Notes: generated by a model not told the origin, from the letters alone. Shown: positions 38,853 to 51,592, counted from the whole stretch's first letter. The stretch is 62,481 nt of DNA, filler included, from Catajapyx aquilonaris (GCA_000934665.2; 4 parts of 4 records of this genome joined end to end with filler, not necessarily neighbours in it), one strand, 5' to 3'. Numbers and translations: made by a program.

Positions 38853-40920
38853 CTGGGAGGTCAAGGAAGCCGCACACAAATATCTATCCAAAAAAACCAC
38901 CACAAAACTGGTCAACCAACGCAACGGTTGGATCTGGCCACCCGAATGCCTCCGCTCACACACACATTCTACATACACAGTACAGCCCTGCCCTTCTCAA
39001 AGTGCCCTCCGCCCTCACTGTTGCCAAATCGTCCTCCATGCATCAGTGACCATCTGCCCGACTAGGAATACCACCAGATGTAGACAACACCGCACCGGAT
39101 ATATCCGGCAGCTGACACCGGAAGCTATATCATGCAGGGCTCCAGGCGTTTCCAGTCTGCAATGATGTCAACGGAATTGCCTTAACTTAGTGAAGAACAC
39201 GATTTGGCAACTGCTGAAGAGGGGCACGCGCCACTGAATGGACCCTTTGAAATTCGGCTCTCTTTTGCATTTCTCCCCTCCCCACCACACCCCTGCCGAC
39301 CCCAAAATTCGGCCCTTCCGATGGGGCACGCAACCGTTGCAACAGCTGTTCAGTTCCCCAGACATACGTTACCATCGGCTTGCCGTCAAAAAGTTCCAGG
39401 ACAACCATCAACCTTGGCGGTATTATTACAGATGAGGAAGCAGGGAGGGTGGGAGGGGGGGGGGGGACATAATCAGTAGCCACGAGACTGTTTTTCTTTA
39501 TAAGGCGGCGGCGTTTATTATTTTGGTTGCGCTCTTTTATTCCGGCTGGCTGGCCGAGTAATGAGCGTCATGTACCGTTGCGACAATATTATTCTTCCGG
39601 ACTTGAATCATTGTTTGGCTGTTGGAAATTTATTCTATTGGCAGTCTTCGACTAAGATAGGCGTAAGTTGCACACACATGTTGCATTTTGGCGTTACAGT
39701 ATTAATGATATGGTAGGTGACCTTCAATGGGTGCCGATATGAGGTATATATTAATTTTATATCGCGCTTGGAATGCTGACGCATAAATAAGGCGCGGGAT
39801 CTGATGTTTCAACACGTTATAGCTGTATTGCTAAATCTAGGAATCTAGGAATAAGTCATGCATGTGGGGAATTCTCGAAAGACATAAGTAGCCTATAAGT
39901 TATTCAAAGATCTATTCATTAGAACAGCGTCTCGTGTGCGTCAATAGACCTGAAGAACAACTGCTACGAATAATAAAATAAATAAATAATAAATAATAAA
40001 GTTTGATCATTTCTTAGACTCAAGCCACATTTTTTGGCTGCGGATCGAGAACATAACGGTTACAATAAAATTATTATAAATTTAGTGGATATACGATATA
40101 CTGTACCTTGCTTCATGACGTCGTAACACGGCGTGTGTTGAATGTGATCTGCTGAATATGATCGGAAGCACAGAAAAAATTCAGATGACCATGGTATACA
40201 GCCACATGGTGTCACATGGTATTGAGTTGGTAGCAGTCAGAGTGAGTTAGTACGACAACACAATCCCGCAACATGTGCAGTGTGAACCTTGCAATGCAAC
40301 AATGTCATGAGCTCTGAAAATTAACGCTAACTCACCTCCACTTCATTTAGGCAGAGTATGTATATACAGTTAACGACTTGTCATATTTAACGTCTTTGCG
40401 CCCAGAAACTTCATTTACATGCGACGGACGCCTCTACAGTATATATTACGTATTATCCCTATACGCAACAAAAATCAACTGCATTTTTTCTGTCCAGCAT
40501 GGAAATTCATCGCTATATTTCCATGTTCCTCAGGTCGCTCGTAACTCATAATGACCATTCATTTTGTCTGGAATTTGTTTTTGACCTTGGGGCAGTCAAA
40601 AAACCAAATTCCTCGAAATATAGGGGTCATTCCAAATAAAGTGAGCTGAAATGTTGTCAGAACATCTAGGATTTTGCTGTGAAAAATCACAGCTGTACAA
40701 ACCATACCAAGTTTAAGCCATATTTCGCAATACCGTGGGGAGGGAAAAAATCGCGAAAATCTTTAAAAAGGCTGAAAATGATGCCATTTTTGGATAATTC
40801 TTTTCTGTTAGTGGTCAGGGGGCACCGCCAGGCACAACTGTTGGCGTACCTATAATTATGTTCCAAGGCTGTTGTAAATTGGATAGAAAATATCTAATAG
40901 GCCGAATATTACCTATACTA

Positions 40921-42317
40921 CAGGGGTTCCCAAACATTTCCAAGTCGTACTGGCACTCTTAGAAAATTATAATTTTCTCATACGGCTTCCTATATAATTT
41001 TTTTTTAAATACCCCGTGATGTCCCTTACGGGATCTATAGGGGGGGGGGCACACCACCATCAGCCGGTTTTCTATAATATATTTTTCAACTTCATTCTCC
41101 GGTGCAAGGAAACAGGGACATTGGGAAAGGATAGGGATTTTTGGGGAGGGAACATGGGTGCAAGTGCAATGTCGGTAAGGGGTCATGTGCTGTTCCCCAG
41201 GAGGTTAGGTTGCCAGACACCTCCTTGGTGCAGGTCAGAGACCCTCCTGACGCAGGTGAAAGGAAAGTTCCCCAGGCGGGGATCGAACCTGGGGCCTTTC
41301 ACTCAGCAAGCACGAGACGTTACCATCTCGGCCATCTACACCTCCCCTGTCATATAATATCTACGTATATGGTAGCTAGATTTCATATTTGTACGACTAT
41401 GAGAAGAAATCAGGTAAGAAATAATTACAACTCGTATTTAAAATGCACACAAGTACTTTAATTGGTAGGAAAACATAGGTGAAAATACAAAGGAAATACA
41501 AATAAAATTACATAAACCTTCCACATGCTCTCCTAGGGTAGGTGTGATTGTGTGAATACAGGAATAAGGTTACTCTCATTTCTTTTTCCACGTTGATTTT
41601 CGAACGACAGTTTGCTCTTTATAACAGCAACCGCTGAAAATCCAGCTTCGCACAGATATGAAGTCGCAAAGGGAATGAGGACCCTTACGGCTTTTGTACT
41701 TAGAAACGGATACTCATTTTAGACTGCCAACTCCGTCAAATCCGTACAAGAGAATTTTGTTTTCAGGCTGTTGTCGCACGAGAGCTCAACTATTAGATTT
41801 AATTCTTCTTGCGAAGTGAATTCTTGTGGAGCTTGAGCACGGAATGGATCTTGGATCCAACTCCACTTCTCCACAAACTTCGTCTTCTGCGAAGTATTTT
41901 GCGAACCAATCAGTTAGCTGTGATACCCTGTGAAAAGGGTCAGCAAGTTATGTGGAATCTTAACTCCACTACGGGCTATGTACTGCTGCAATATAGGAAA
42001 GCAACCTTTGCCTCCATCATCACTCATTTTTCTGTTCCACAGCAGCTGTAGTTTTTTTCTGAACGCTGATATGCAAGCTTCAATATGTGCATGTTTTGGC
42101 CGTGTATAGAGTCAGATTCAAGACATTTAGTTTTTCAAATATGTCGCACAAGTATGCCAGTTTCAGCAGAGTCTGGTTCCGCGAAATTTGGCGTTCACAT
42201 GATCATCTTCCAGGAAGATTGATTTTTAGTCGAGATCTGGGGCGCCTCGTGCGGCACCCCTTCTCTCTCTCTCCGTGGCATCCCAGGGTGCCATGGCACA
42301 CGCATTGGGAACCCCTG
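40921..42317 (-). mobile_element. Internally deleted hAT-Buster/Charlie transposon
   Basis: TIRs CAGGGGTTCCCAA / TTGGGAACCCCTG; flanks ACCTATACTA and ACCTACTA (8-bp TSD with a 2-bp slip). Transposase remnants LAYLCDIFEKLNVLNL and NEYPFLSTKAVRVLIPFATSYLCEAGFSAVAVIKSK (hAT dimerisation region). Confidence 0.88.
41000..41347 (-). mobile_element. tRNA-derived SINE, head type A, nested in the Buster element
   Basis: Reverse-complement homologue of the 27589 and 59172 copies, with A/B boxes, shared core and A-rich tail. Confidence 0.85.
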
Positions 42318-43129
42318 ACCTACTATGATGCAGTGCCCCGTGAAACTCAATGCCAAGTTGGTAAAAGAGTTGTGGCTTCGACAAGACCAAAACTGGCATA
42401 GTCTTGTAAATTAGGTCGAGATCCAAACTTGGAAGTATTTTTTGTCTCTTCCACGTCAACATGGCAGCAGGATTGTTCCCCCCACCACCTCCCAAACAAA
42501 TAACCTCCTAATAAATCGATCGATCTCCTATACGCATGTAGGTGATTGGAAGCGAAATGGATATAAAATATAAAAATATAAAATATAAAAAATGATATAA
42601 AATAACACAAACTATACACTCAATCTGATCACTTTTGTTGTTCACAATATTTGACGATCTTAAATAGATTGTCCTTTCGTTAAAAAGTACGATACGTAGT
42701 AATGTATAGACCACAATACCTACACATGACTGGTTCCATACTGATGTATACACAGTGGCCGGTGAAAAAAATGAGGACGTTCCGTGATGAGTGATTCTAA
42801 CTCACTAAAATTAATATTTAAGTCTCTGTTACAACGTGAATATGCAACACTAAAAGCTCATGATCCGCTTGACGTACTCTCTGTCGTAGGCTACTGTAGA
42901 TTAGCATTGGAGAAGAGACGACTGATTCTTCAGTGAACTCCTAAGAAGCCTCTGGTGGAACGTGTTTATCTTATTGGCCTTGATAGTACACATAATTATA
43001 ATGTGTGTAACTTAGTGTACATTAACATATTATACTGACATATTTAGCTCAATGTACCTCAATATTTCTAGCATTTTATTTCATCAAATAAAATAATACT
43101 GCGGTACAAAATAAATTACTGCCCTTTTT

Positions 43130-43266
43130 CTATGCCATCCAGCCAAAGAGAGATCCTCCTTCTGGAGGACCAGCTTTGCCGTTTTTCACGTCAACAATGG
43201 ATGAAATTCGACGTCCTCGTATCCGGTGCCGGATGCTTGACAGTTTTTCCAGAACAGTGTTGTGCC
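43130..43266 (-). CDS. Amt: Ammonium transporter, terminal coding exon
   Basis: Acceptor ATTTTACAG|, phase 1; (G)HNTVLEKLSSIRHRIRGRRISSIVDVKNGKAGPPEGGSLFGWMA*; AATAAA at 43075-43080. Confidence 0.7.
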
Positions 43267-43593
43267 CTGTAAAATATTACAAAATTAATACTCGTGCGTA
43301 ATATACCCTACTGTATTATTTGTTGCTCTTCACAATGAGTTTCACGGTGTACTCTCACATTACAGATAAAAAAATAATTTCTGGGGAAACTACCACCAAC
43401 ATTTAGGTGTTTTTACGTTTAGGTATTTAGGTATTTACGCATTCAGTAATGTTCCTTGATTCTGGCCCAATCGTCACAGAGATTCTGCCATTAAATGTGC
43501 CAGCAACAAGCCTGAACCCATTATTATCAATGTATTTTGCAAAGACATTCTCAGCACCGATTCTTTTGTAGCGCCACATTTGATGATTAATAC

Positions 43594-43768
43594 CTGTATT
43601 GAGTCCCACTGGTACTATTCCATCCTTGTCAATCTCATGGTGTTTCTCCAAAACTGAAACTGCTCTCGTTATTCCTAATCCAGGTCGATGGATCAAGTGC
43701 TCCATGTAATCAGCTCCTAACAGTTCCTCATGAGCTTCCATGCGTATTGGAATCAGCTTGTTTATAGT
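43594..43768 (-). CDS. Amt: Ammonium transporter, cytoplasmic-tail exon
   Basis: TINKLIPIRMEAHEELLGADYMEHLI matches the Amt C-terminal R-x-x-x-x-E-E-x-x-G-x-D-x-x-E-H motif; CTAAC branch point with CAG acceptor; donor ACAG|GTATTA. Confidence 0.9.
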
Positions 43769-43834
43769 CTGTTGGTAGGAAGGGAGTTAGACTTTAAACA
43801 CGACAAATAACATGAGCTAACATGAGTGACTTGC

Positions 43835-43923
43835 CCACAGAAGAGTAAACGTGACAGTTCCAGACCAAGTCGAGAAGCATAGACATGATAACAATTGAAC
43901 ACCCAGTAGGTAAGGGCCACCAC
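43835..43923 (-). CDS. Amt: Ammonium transporter, TM11 exon (GC donor)
   Basis: TTGCAG| acceptor, phase 1; (G)GGPYLLGVQLLSCLCFSTWSGTVTFTLLW; ends at TGG|GCAAGT. Confidence 0.88.
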
Positions 43924-44030
43924 CTGCAATGTGAATATGGAACGTAAGAGTTAACCCCTAATCAATCATTATTTTAAATTAGTTTCTGTGCGAGGTACGG
44001 TATATCCCAATAAAATGGGCCAAGACTGTA

Positions 44031-44472
44031 CAGGGTGTTCATGAACAACACCGACAAACCTATACCACCCCCTACCTAGGCATCAGAGGATCACATTATG
44101 TAGAGGAGTGATTATGCCTGGGCCGCCTCATTACCGCGCAAAAATTGCCTTTAAGCAGGTAGTATAAAATATCCTGGAGGTTAGGCCACCCAACGAACCC
44201 TCCCCCAGTCAGAAGGAGTGTTTAGGCAAAAATCGCATTGAATTGTTTGTGTTGTTGTTGTTATTTAAAATAACTGCTAATTGCAAAGCGCAATTGCACT
44301 TTTCGCAGCTTTTTCAAAATCACGCTTAAGCTAAATCGCTAAGGAGCAGGTGGGTCAATTATCTCAGTAATGAGGTGGCCCAGGCATAATCACTCCTCTA
44401 CATAATGTGATCCTCTGGTGCCTATAGGTAGGAGGTGGTATAGGTTTGTCGGTGTTGTTCATGAACACCCTG
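44031..44472. mobile_element. Tc1/mariner-type MITE in an Amt intron
   Basis: TA|CAGGGTGTTCATGAACAACACCGAC ... GTCGGTGTTGTTCATGAACACCCTG|TA, ~100-bp TIRs. Confidence 0.9.
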
Positions 44473-44741
44473 TATAGTAGAACTATCCGAGTCACATTGG
44501 AAACATTTGGAGATATGAAGGATAGAGTGAGGATTGAAGCTTTAAGACTGATTACATTATCCTTCATGGGACAATATTTATTCTTCTTTCAAGGGGAACC
44601 GAGAATAGCAAGTAAGAGGGGTAATATGCAGGTCATCTACTTTGCTTGATTCAATAAGAAATGGTGCAACTGATGCTTGATAATAATTATTATACACTAG
44701 TACAAAAGTGAAAGCTACTGTATACCAATACCTATACTATA

Positions 44742-45165
44742 CAGGGTGTATCTGAACTCAGTGCCCCGACGTATATGACTGCCTTCCTAGCCACCAGAGG
44801 ATCGATTTAAGTATAGGAGTCATTATGTTTGGCCGCCGCATTACGGACATAATTGGCCGCAAACATGTAGTACAAAATATCCTGTTGGTTAGGCCGCCCA
44901 TCGAACCATCCCCCAGTCAGAAGGCTCTGGAAGGTCTGGGGGCGGGACTTTGTTGGTTTGTTGCCCACAGGTGGCAAGGCCTCTTTGGCTAGTTACACCA
45001 GAAAATTCTATTTAAAAGTCAGAAGGAGCGATTAGGCAAAAATCGCTAAAGAGTGTATCTCCGTAATGCGGCGGCCAAACATAATGATTCCTATACTTAA
45101 ATCGATCCTCTGGTGGCTAGGAAGGCAGTCATATACCTCGGGGCACTGAGTTCAGATACACCCTG
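44742..45165. mobile_element. Tc1/mariner-type MITE (424 bp), same family as 28899-29322
   Basis: Same TIRs, length and interior as the contig-2 copy, in opposite orientation; TA-flanked. Confidence 0.92.
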
Positions 45166-45688
45166 TATATACTGTAGTACTATATTATAGTATGTAGTAT
45201 ACTATATCTAGTACTATATCTAGTACTATACTATAGTTACCAATACCAATACCACAAAAATAAATAACAACTATTTCAGATTTATAGGGGGATTTGAAAC
45301 TTGAAAAATTACAAATTCCTTGAATTCTGATCCCTGTATCTCAGCTGTGTCCCTGGTTTGCAATAGGCTACTAGCTTTCACTTTTCTACTGTATACTACA
45401 TACTGTAGTATCAAAGAATCACTATGCACCGAGAAACTTAATGGACCACGCAAAATAGGTGTCCCACAGATTACCTGCCTTACTTCCTAACATTCTTTCT
45501 CTACGTAACAGATAACAGAGATAACAGACTTGACTATCAAAAAGTATGTTCTTGAAGGACTATACAGTAAACTCCACAATGGTTAATTCATTATGATCAA
45601 AATGTGACTTCGATTGTTATGCATTTCAGGACTCCAAAACGAATAGGACTATACTGTACCTTCATAACATTTATGTATTCAAACTGAC

Positions 45689-45787
45689 CTTTGAAAAGAC
45701 CACTGTGTCCCTTGGTGACCCCCAAAATCTCTCTGTCATCTTCAGCGAACAGGCCTACTGATATCATACCCCATATGGAGGACACTC
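45689..45787 (-). CDS. Amt: Ammonium transporter, TM10 exon; upstream exons not found in this contig
   Basis: TTTTCTCTCCAG|GA acceptor and AAAG|GTCAGT donor, phase 1-1; (G)VSSIWGMISVGLFAEDDREILGVTKGHSGLFK(G) matches Amt G-x-x-x-x-W-G-x-x-x-x-G-L-F-A ... G-L-F-x-G. Confidence 0.9.
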
Positions 45788-46846
45788 CTGGAGAGAAAAT
45801 ATGGACCATCAATACATTTTGCAGCAATAAAAGTTGAACCGCTCTACAACTTTCCTTGAAATGTTGAAATATCATGGTGTTTCTTTCAAGTAGGCCAATC
45901 CGCAAGTTGGTTATTCCTTGGCCCAAACCAAGTCTAAAATGTAGGGGTGAGAAATGTCTAGGGACCAACCTGTAACGGAGTAGACGGCCAGAAACATTGG
46001 CCTACCACTAGACACAGGCGTGGCGGCAACACCCACGACCGACGCCTCTCTGTAGGGAGATCTCCTGGCATATGGCTCCTTACAGTGGTTGCCAAGGGAG
46101 CAGGATATGAACGTGATAATAATCGCCTCTGTGAAGGAGGTGATCTCGCAAAATCCCAACAGTCATGATTATTGGGAAGACACGTAGAAGTGGCTGACAC
46201 CTGGCGGCTGTCTCGGAAGCTCATTCATGGCGGACAAGGAGGGTTGCTCTCCTAGTCCCGCCATGCGCGGGAACGAGGAAAAAGGGAGTAAAGTGGTGAC
46301 TAGTGACAAATTATGTTTCGTGGTGGGATGAAACTCGAAGTTCTTATGTATCAGTAGCCTGCCACCTGCTGCCACTCATAGCTAGTATGGTATGACTCGA
46401 TATATGGGCGAAATGTTTATCCTGTTCCCAACCCCTGGGTCACCTGCATGTTTATAAAGTGTCTCAAGGAAGTCGGGGAAAGGGGAATCAAAATAAGGTA
46501 AAAAAAGATAAGAAAAAAACAAGTCAAAGTGGGAAAATTTTAGGGAGAAAATTCACATGAAACCTACGTAAATCATAGTATAGTGCGGAAAACCAAACGA
46601 CGATCTGACGTCATCATTTCTTACATTGTTGCTTTTTTGTTGACACTGTTTACTCATATTGTTCTGTCTCCTGTGAGGATATTTCCGTGGAAACCTTGAC
46701 GTCAGCTCGTTGTTTAGTTTACCGTTGAACTTGAACATTTTGGTACCGCAATTAAAATTTTTATTTAAAATTCGGGATGGGTCATACGAGTAACCAGAGA
46801 TCCAGAAAAGGTTATCCTTATAGGGTCACGTCGAAATAAGGTAGGG

Positions 46847-46946
46847 NNNNNNNNNNNNNNNNNNNNNNNNNNNNNNNNNNNNNNNNNNNNTTAATTAATT
46901 AANNNNNNNNNNNNNNNNNNNNNNNNNNNNNNNNNNNNNNNNNNNN
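46847..46946. other. Artificial contig-joining spacer
   Basis: 44 N + TTAATTAATTAA + 44 N. Confidence 0.97.
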
Positions 46947-48707
46947 GGGCTGGATTTCATGTTCCTTGAAGTGCAAATATGTAAATGTCATGCGCAATGG
47001 CTAAAAAAAAATACGCGCAAGTAATTTTTGACTGCACCTCGTAGATTGGTTTCTAAGCAATATTTCGCGTATAATCGTTCTTTGATCCCGTAAACTTCTC
47101 CGCTACGTTTCTTATGTATCCCTAGTAGCCGCACAGAAATAGTTCTAGCTGTTATGCTACGCACGGCCTAGACTATCGGAGCTGCGCAGTGGATCTGGCG
47201 GGAGCGGCCTCTCAATGCGGTTCGAATGGCATAGGGCTAAGACGAGCCGTTGGTGAGATATGTTTTTTTTATTATCTACGATTACGTCATCCATGAGTCA
47301 TTGACGGAAGTAGCGGCGGAAACTTTTGTTACACCCTGCATCTCCATTAATTACAGGAATAAGTGTTCCAAAAGTTATACCAAACAACACAGTCAGGCAA
47401 TATAATAAAACCCACTGTTACAAGTTGAGGTAATATGCTGATTTGTGACAAGAGTGCAAACTTATTAAATTCGCTCTCCTGTAAAATTACTCCTTTGTCA
47501 GTTATCATGTTTTTCCAACACACCCCTCAATTCTCCTTAAAAGCTCGGTGATTTTACATGGAATGACCCCAGCACTGTACAACTTATATTTTGCCACCTT
47601 CACAAAAGGATGTTTGTTGAAAGAGGTCGGGCTCACATTCTGAAAATTTGCTCTTGCGTAATAATACCTAGTTACAAACAGTTCATGACCCTGTGAATCT
47701 CTTGAACAACACTTGCACTGAAAAATTCCTCATTTTCCTGCCAGAGATCCTGATTGCTTGGCATGTCAGGTCCCTTCCTATCCCCAAATGAAGAAGTACG
47801 AGGCATCCAAGCAGATGTAGATGTCAAAGAAAAGTTCACACTTCGGCTATGTCTGCATGACACATCTTTCTACAAACATGGCTTTGATTCTTTGATTTAT
47901 TGCTACATATGATTAAGTGTCTCAAGGCAAAGCAAACTAAACCTGTGGCAGTATGCTTTTAGTATGTTCTGAATAGTAACTGTTGACATTCAAAATGAAA
48001 CAATGGAACTTTACTTTCTAATTTTCAATTGTACTTATTTTATGATTATTACGTTGTCATAAAAATGTTGCTAATGGGAAAATGGCAAAAATTGTTATCT
48101 CAAGAAAATCCACCATTCACACATCTTTCTGGATATTCTCTGATCGAGAACATGATGGCTAATGTTTGATTTTCCCTCAGCATCAATACCTACATTCTAT
48201 CACAAGTCTGCAGGACTTTAATTCCTTATGCTCATGGAAGTATATTTTTGACAGATAACTTACCTGTTACCATACAAAATCAATCTCATTTCTGTATCTG
48301 CCATTCTCACCAGTGCAGTGACCTGGAGACAACTGACCCACTGAAGAAGTTAACAAAAGAAACGGGGGACATGATATCATTTTATCCCATGTTCCAAAAT
48401 AAAATTACATCTACCCTGAATTTCAAAGGTGCATATTGAGCTTGTTTATACAGCTGCCATCTGTTGTAGCTTATTATTTCCTACTACCATATATTCATAA
48501 ACTAAACAAGGCCAATTTGACATGCAGACAGAAATTGTGGGATTCAAATAATTTAAAAATGCAATAAAATGAGAAAAAAGCAAGTCAGGATGAATAATTT
48601 CTTGCATAATTTTTTTTTAAATAATTTCTTTAGTCATTTTGTTATATTCCTCTTCATTCCCGTACAAATTAAAAAAAGAAAAATTATTCACTAAACAGAT
48701 TCAAGAA

Positions 48708-49593
48708 CAGGTACTCCTCGTTTTACGCCGGGGATTGGTTCCAGGAACATGAGGCGTAAAGTGAAAAGGCATAAATGAAACAAAATTATAATGTAATAAA
48801 ATGAGATTGGTTCCAAAGTTTCCAAAATTTTCCCACAGACCATACTAACAACATTATTGTTATTTATGCTCAGTATTTGAAACATTTAATACACATCGTT
48901 AATGGGAGGTTCCAGCTTCAGGATCGTCGTGTTCTGAGGGTTCCTTTCCCTTCTTTGGCAAGAAATGCAGTACAGGTAGTGCATTGTAACAACAACAGGT
49001 GGAGCACGTTGTGGAGGGCAGAGACCAACAATATGGTACTGTATATAGCTATACACCCTGCCACCATGCACAACGAAAAATAAGAGTTAGTGACTATACT
49101 GTAGTGTGTTTGAACTAAGGGGAGGCGGAGTGGTGCTGCGGTAACGCATGCGCCCACGGATGTTAAGGTCCCGGGTTCGATCCCAGCCTGGGGTTCCCCC
49201 CTTCATCTCGAGCAGAGTTGGGCCATCTCTGGCTTCGTCTCGGGTGGAAATTTCCGCTAGACTAATCCACCCGGGGGAGTTCACAAAATGACCAATATGC
49301 GACATTGCACTTGCACTTTGCACATCCCCTCCTACTTACCCTTGGAGCAATTAAAATAATATCATATTATACGGTTCCAAAAATAGTGGTATTCCACTCC
49401 CCTAAAAAGGGCCCAAGGCCTGATAATGGGGTACTGTAAAAAATAAAAAATAAAATAAAAAGTGCTGCAGTGATGTGTTTATGGGTAGATTGTTGTTATT
49501 TTAAAATTGTTCATAAATTTTGCTATAGTATTCTTTTCAAAGGTAAGTTTCAAACCAGCGTAAAACAAAGAGGCATAAAACGAGGAGTACCTG
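48708..49593. mobile_element. pogo/Tigger-like MITE interrupted by a SINE
   Basis: TIRs CAGGTACTCCTCGTTTTA / TAAAACGAGGAGTACCTG|TA; a second, inverted copy at 58654-60164. Confidence 0.8.
49119..49460 (+). mobile_element. tRNA-derived SINE, head type B, tail type 1
   Basis: GGGGAGGCGGAGTGGTGCTGCGGTAA..., B-box GGTTCGATCCC, core CGACATTGCACTTGCAC, tail GTGGTATTCCACTCCCCTAAAAAGGGC, (TAAAA)n end. Confidence 0.85.
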
Positions 49594-49595
49594 TA

Positions 49596-51266
49596 CAGGG
49601 TGTTCCGACTTCTCGGGTCACTTTATGCCAACTAATATCTCCCGGAAGGAGTTATTTTTTTGTAGCTTGATGCACCCATATCCTTGCGCCATATTATTCC
49701 CAGCAATGGTTGAATATAGCAGCTGGTGATATTAGCTTTAGGCCTGAAATAAGGAGATCCCAGAAGTGATCTAGTATGTCGAAGGTCACATTGGTCATAG
49801 GCTACCAAGAGCTCATTCGGTGTAGGCTCCCTGCCATACCAAAAGTGTGGCAGCTCAAACATCATTCGTATTTGTAGCCCTGAAAGAGGAGTAGCCTGTC
49901 TGAAAACATTTGCATGTGTCAACTGATTTAGTTGACAGAATCAGAGCAAGTGCTCAAAAGCTGTCCCATTCAGTGGAGAGCAGGTTTGGGAACGGGTCAT
50001 GGTCGCCCCATGGACATCACGGAGGATGTCTAGAGTGATGGAGGTACACACGTTGCGTATGCGTTGCTGCAAGGTTGGCAGATCAGGAGGCTCGGTTTCG
50101 TACACCACCATCTTGACATAACCCCAAAGAAATAAATCCAATGGCGTCAGGTCGGGTGACCTTGCTGGCCATTCCAATGGGCCACCCTGACCGATCCACC
50201 TGGTTCCATGGCGAAAATGCAGCCAGTCACAGACTCGTCGGAGGTAGTGTGGTAGCACGCCGTCTGCTGAAACCATAGATGTTAATGCATGGCCAGCGCA
50301 ACATCCTCCAGCAGGGTTGGGAATTCCAGATATCAGAGGCCATTCAAAGTTCCCTCGAAGAAGTACAGGCCAATGATGATGTTGCCTATGATGCCACACC
50401 ATACGTTGACTCGCCAGTTGTCCTGGAAGTGCTTTGCACGCACACAGTGCAGATTTGTCTGGGCCCAATAATGGGGTTTACTATACCACTCTTGATGAAC
50501 TGTACCTCATCTGACCAGAGGACCCGACGTGAAAAAGTAGACTCCTGAGAAAGGAGCCATTAGCAGAAGTGCAGGCGCCTGCTGTGATCCCCCTCCCGCA
50601 AGGCCTGTACTACGAGGTGGATCCTGTATGGGTGATATGTGGCACCATGTAGGATTTGGTGCACAGTACCTAGGTTGGAATCACAGACACGGGCTATCGT
50701 CCGGATCCCTGCATGTGGGTGGGCAGCCACGTAGGTCCTGACAGCAACTTCATGGGCTTCGTCCCTCGCACGGCACCTGTACGTGGTACGAGGTGGTGGA
50801 GCAAATGTCCTATGCTGTCACAGTCGCTTCACCAGATTCTGGATGAACTTGGCACTGGGTCTTCGCCGAGAAGGATACCTCAATGCATACACCTTAGCAG
50901 CGGTCGCTACCTGCTTCTTGTTAACACCTTACAAAATTATTATGTCACACAGCTCGCTGTTCGTGTATGCGGGACACATGGTGTCCCACTGCTGTGGCAA
51001 TTTTCTGCCACTGTCGTGATTAAATGCTTGGTCCTCTCCAGCACACTATTTATGCATTTCCATGTCGTGGTCGCCGATGGGATATTTCATCATCAGGAGC
51101 TGCGTAACCAGGTGACGAGCTGAACCCAATATCACCGCAGCTGCTATATTCGACCATTGCTGGGAATAATGTGGTGCAAGGATCGGGGCACATCAAGCTA
51201 CAAAAAAATAACTCCTTCCGGGAGATTTAGTTGGCTGAAAGTGACCCGCGAATTTGGAACATACTG
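49596..51266 (-). mobile_element. Near full-length inactivated DD41D (rosa-type) Tc1/mariner transposon
   Basis: ~140-bp TIRs, TA flanks. Transposase remnants YALRYPSRRRPS, HPYRIHLVVQAL, VLWSDE, and DGVLPH...WPARSPDLTPLDLFLWGYVK with 41 residues between the second and third catalytic Asp; stops and frameshifts. Confidence 0.92.
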
Positions 51267-51592
51267 TATATTAAGTCCGCAAGTGATTCAACCTGTCTCA
51301 CCCGTGGGGCACTTTGAATCACTGCAAGAAGTAAGGTGAATAATTTTGTGGGATAAGTGTAACACTTAGGAGGAGAGTAAATCCATATACACTTCAAGGT
51401 ATAAATCCCACACAGGGATAGCCAGCAGAGTCCAGGTTACACCAGGCCACCTATAACAACCAACAAAATGAGACCTCTGGTGAATGGTCAGTCAACAAAA
51501 AATTCCTACAATAGCCAATGACAAGTGCCACATTCATGTATGGGCAGGTAGGCCCAGATGATGATGATGTTGTTGTTGTTGTTGTTGTTGTG

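Noticed and set aside
39495..39503. TATAAAG on the minus strand as promoter of the tetraspan transcript
   Set aside because: The best Inr-like match is too close to the TATA motif and there is no independent support.
45911..46375. ORFs upstream of the Amt TM10 exon as further Amt exons, or an HDV-like ribozyme near 46230-46290
   Set aside because: No DDP...VHG Amt motif or matching splice sites, and the TCCTCG loop lacks a pairing P3 stem; probably a decayed retroelement fragment.
15587..46946. Three regularly spaced TTAATTAATTAA motifs about 15.6 kb apart
   Set aside because: Each is centred in an identical 100-nt N spacer; this is an artificial six-frame-stop linker, not a biological repeat.
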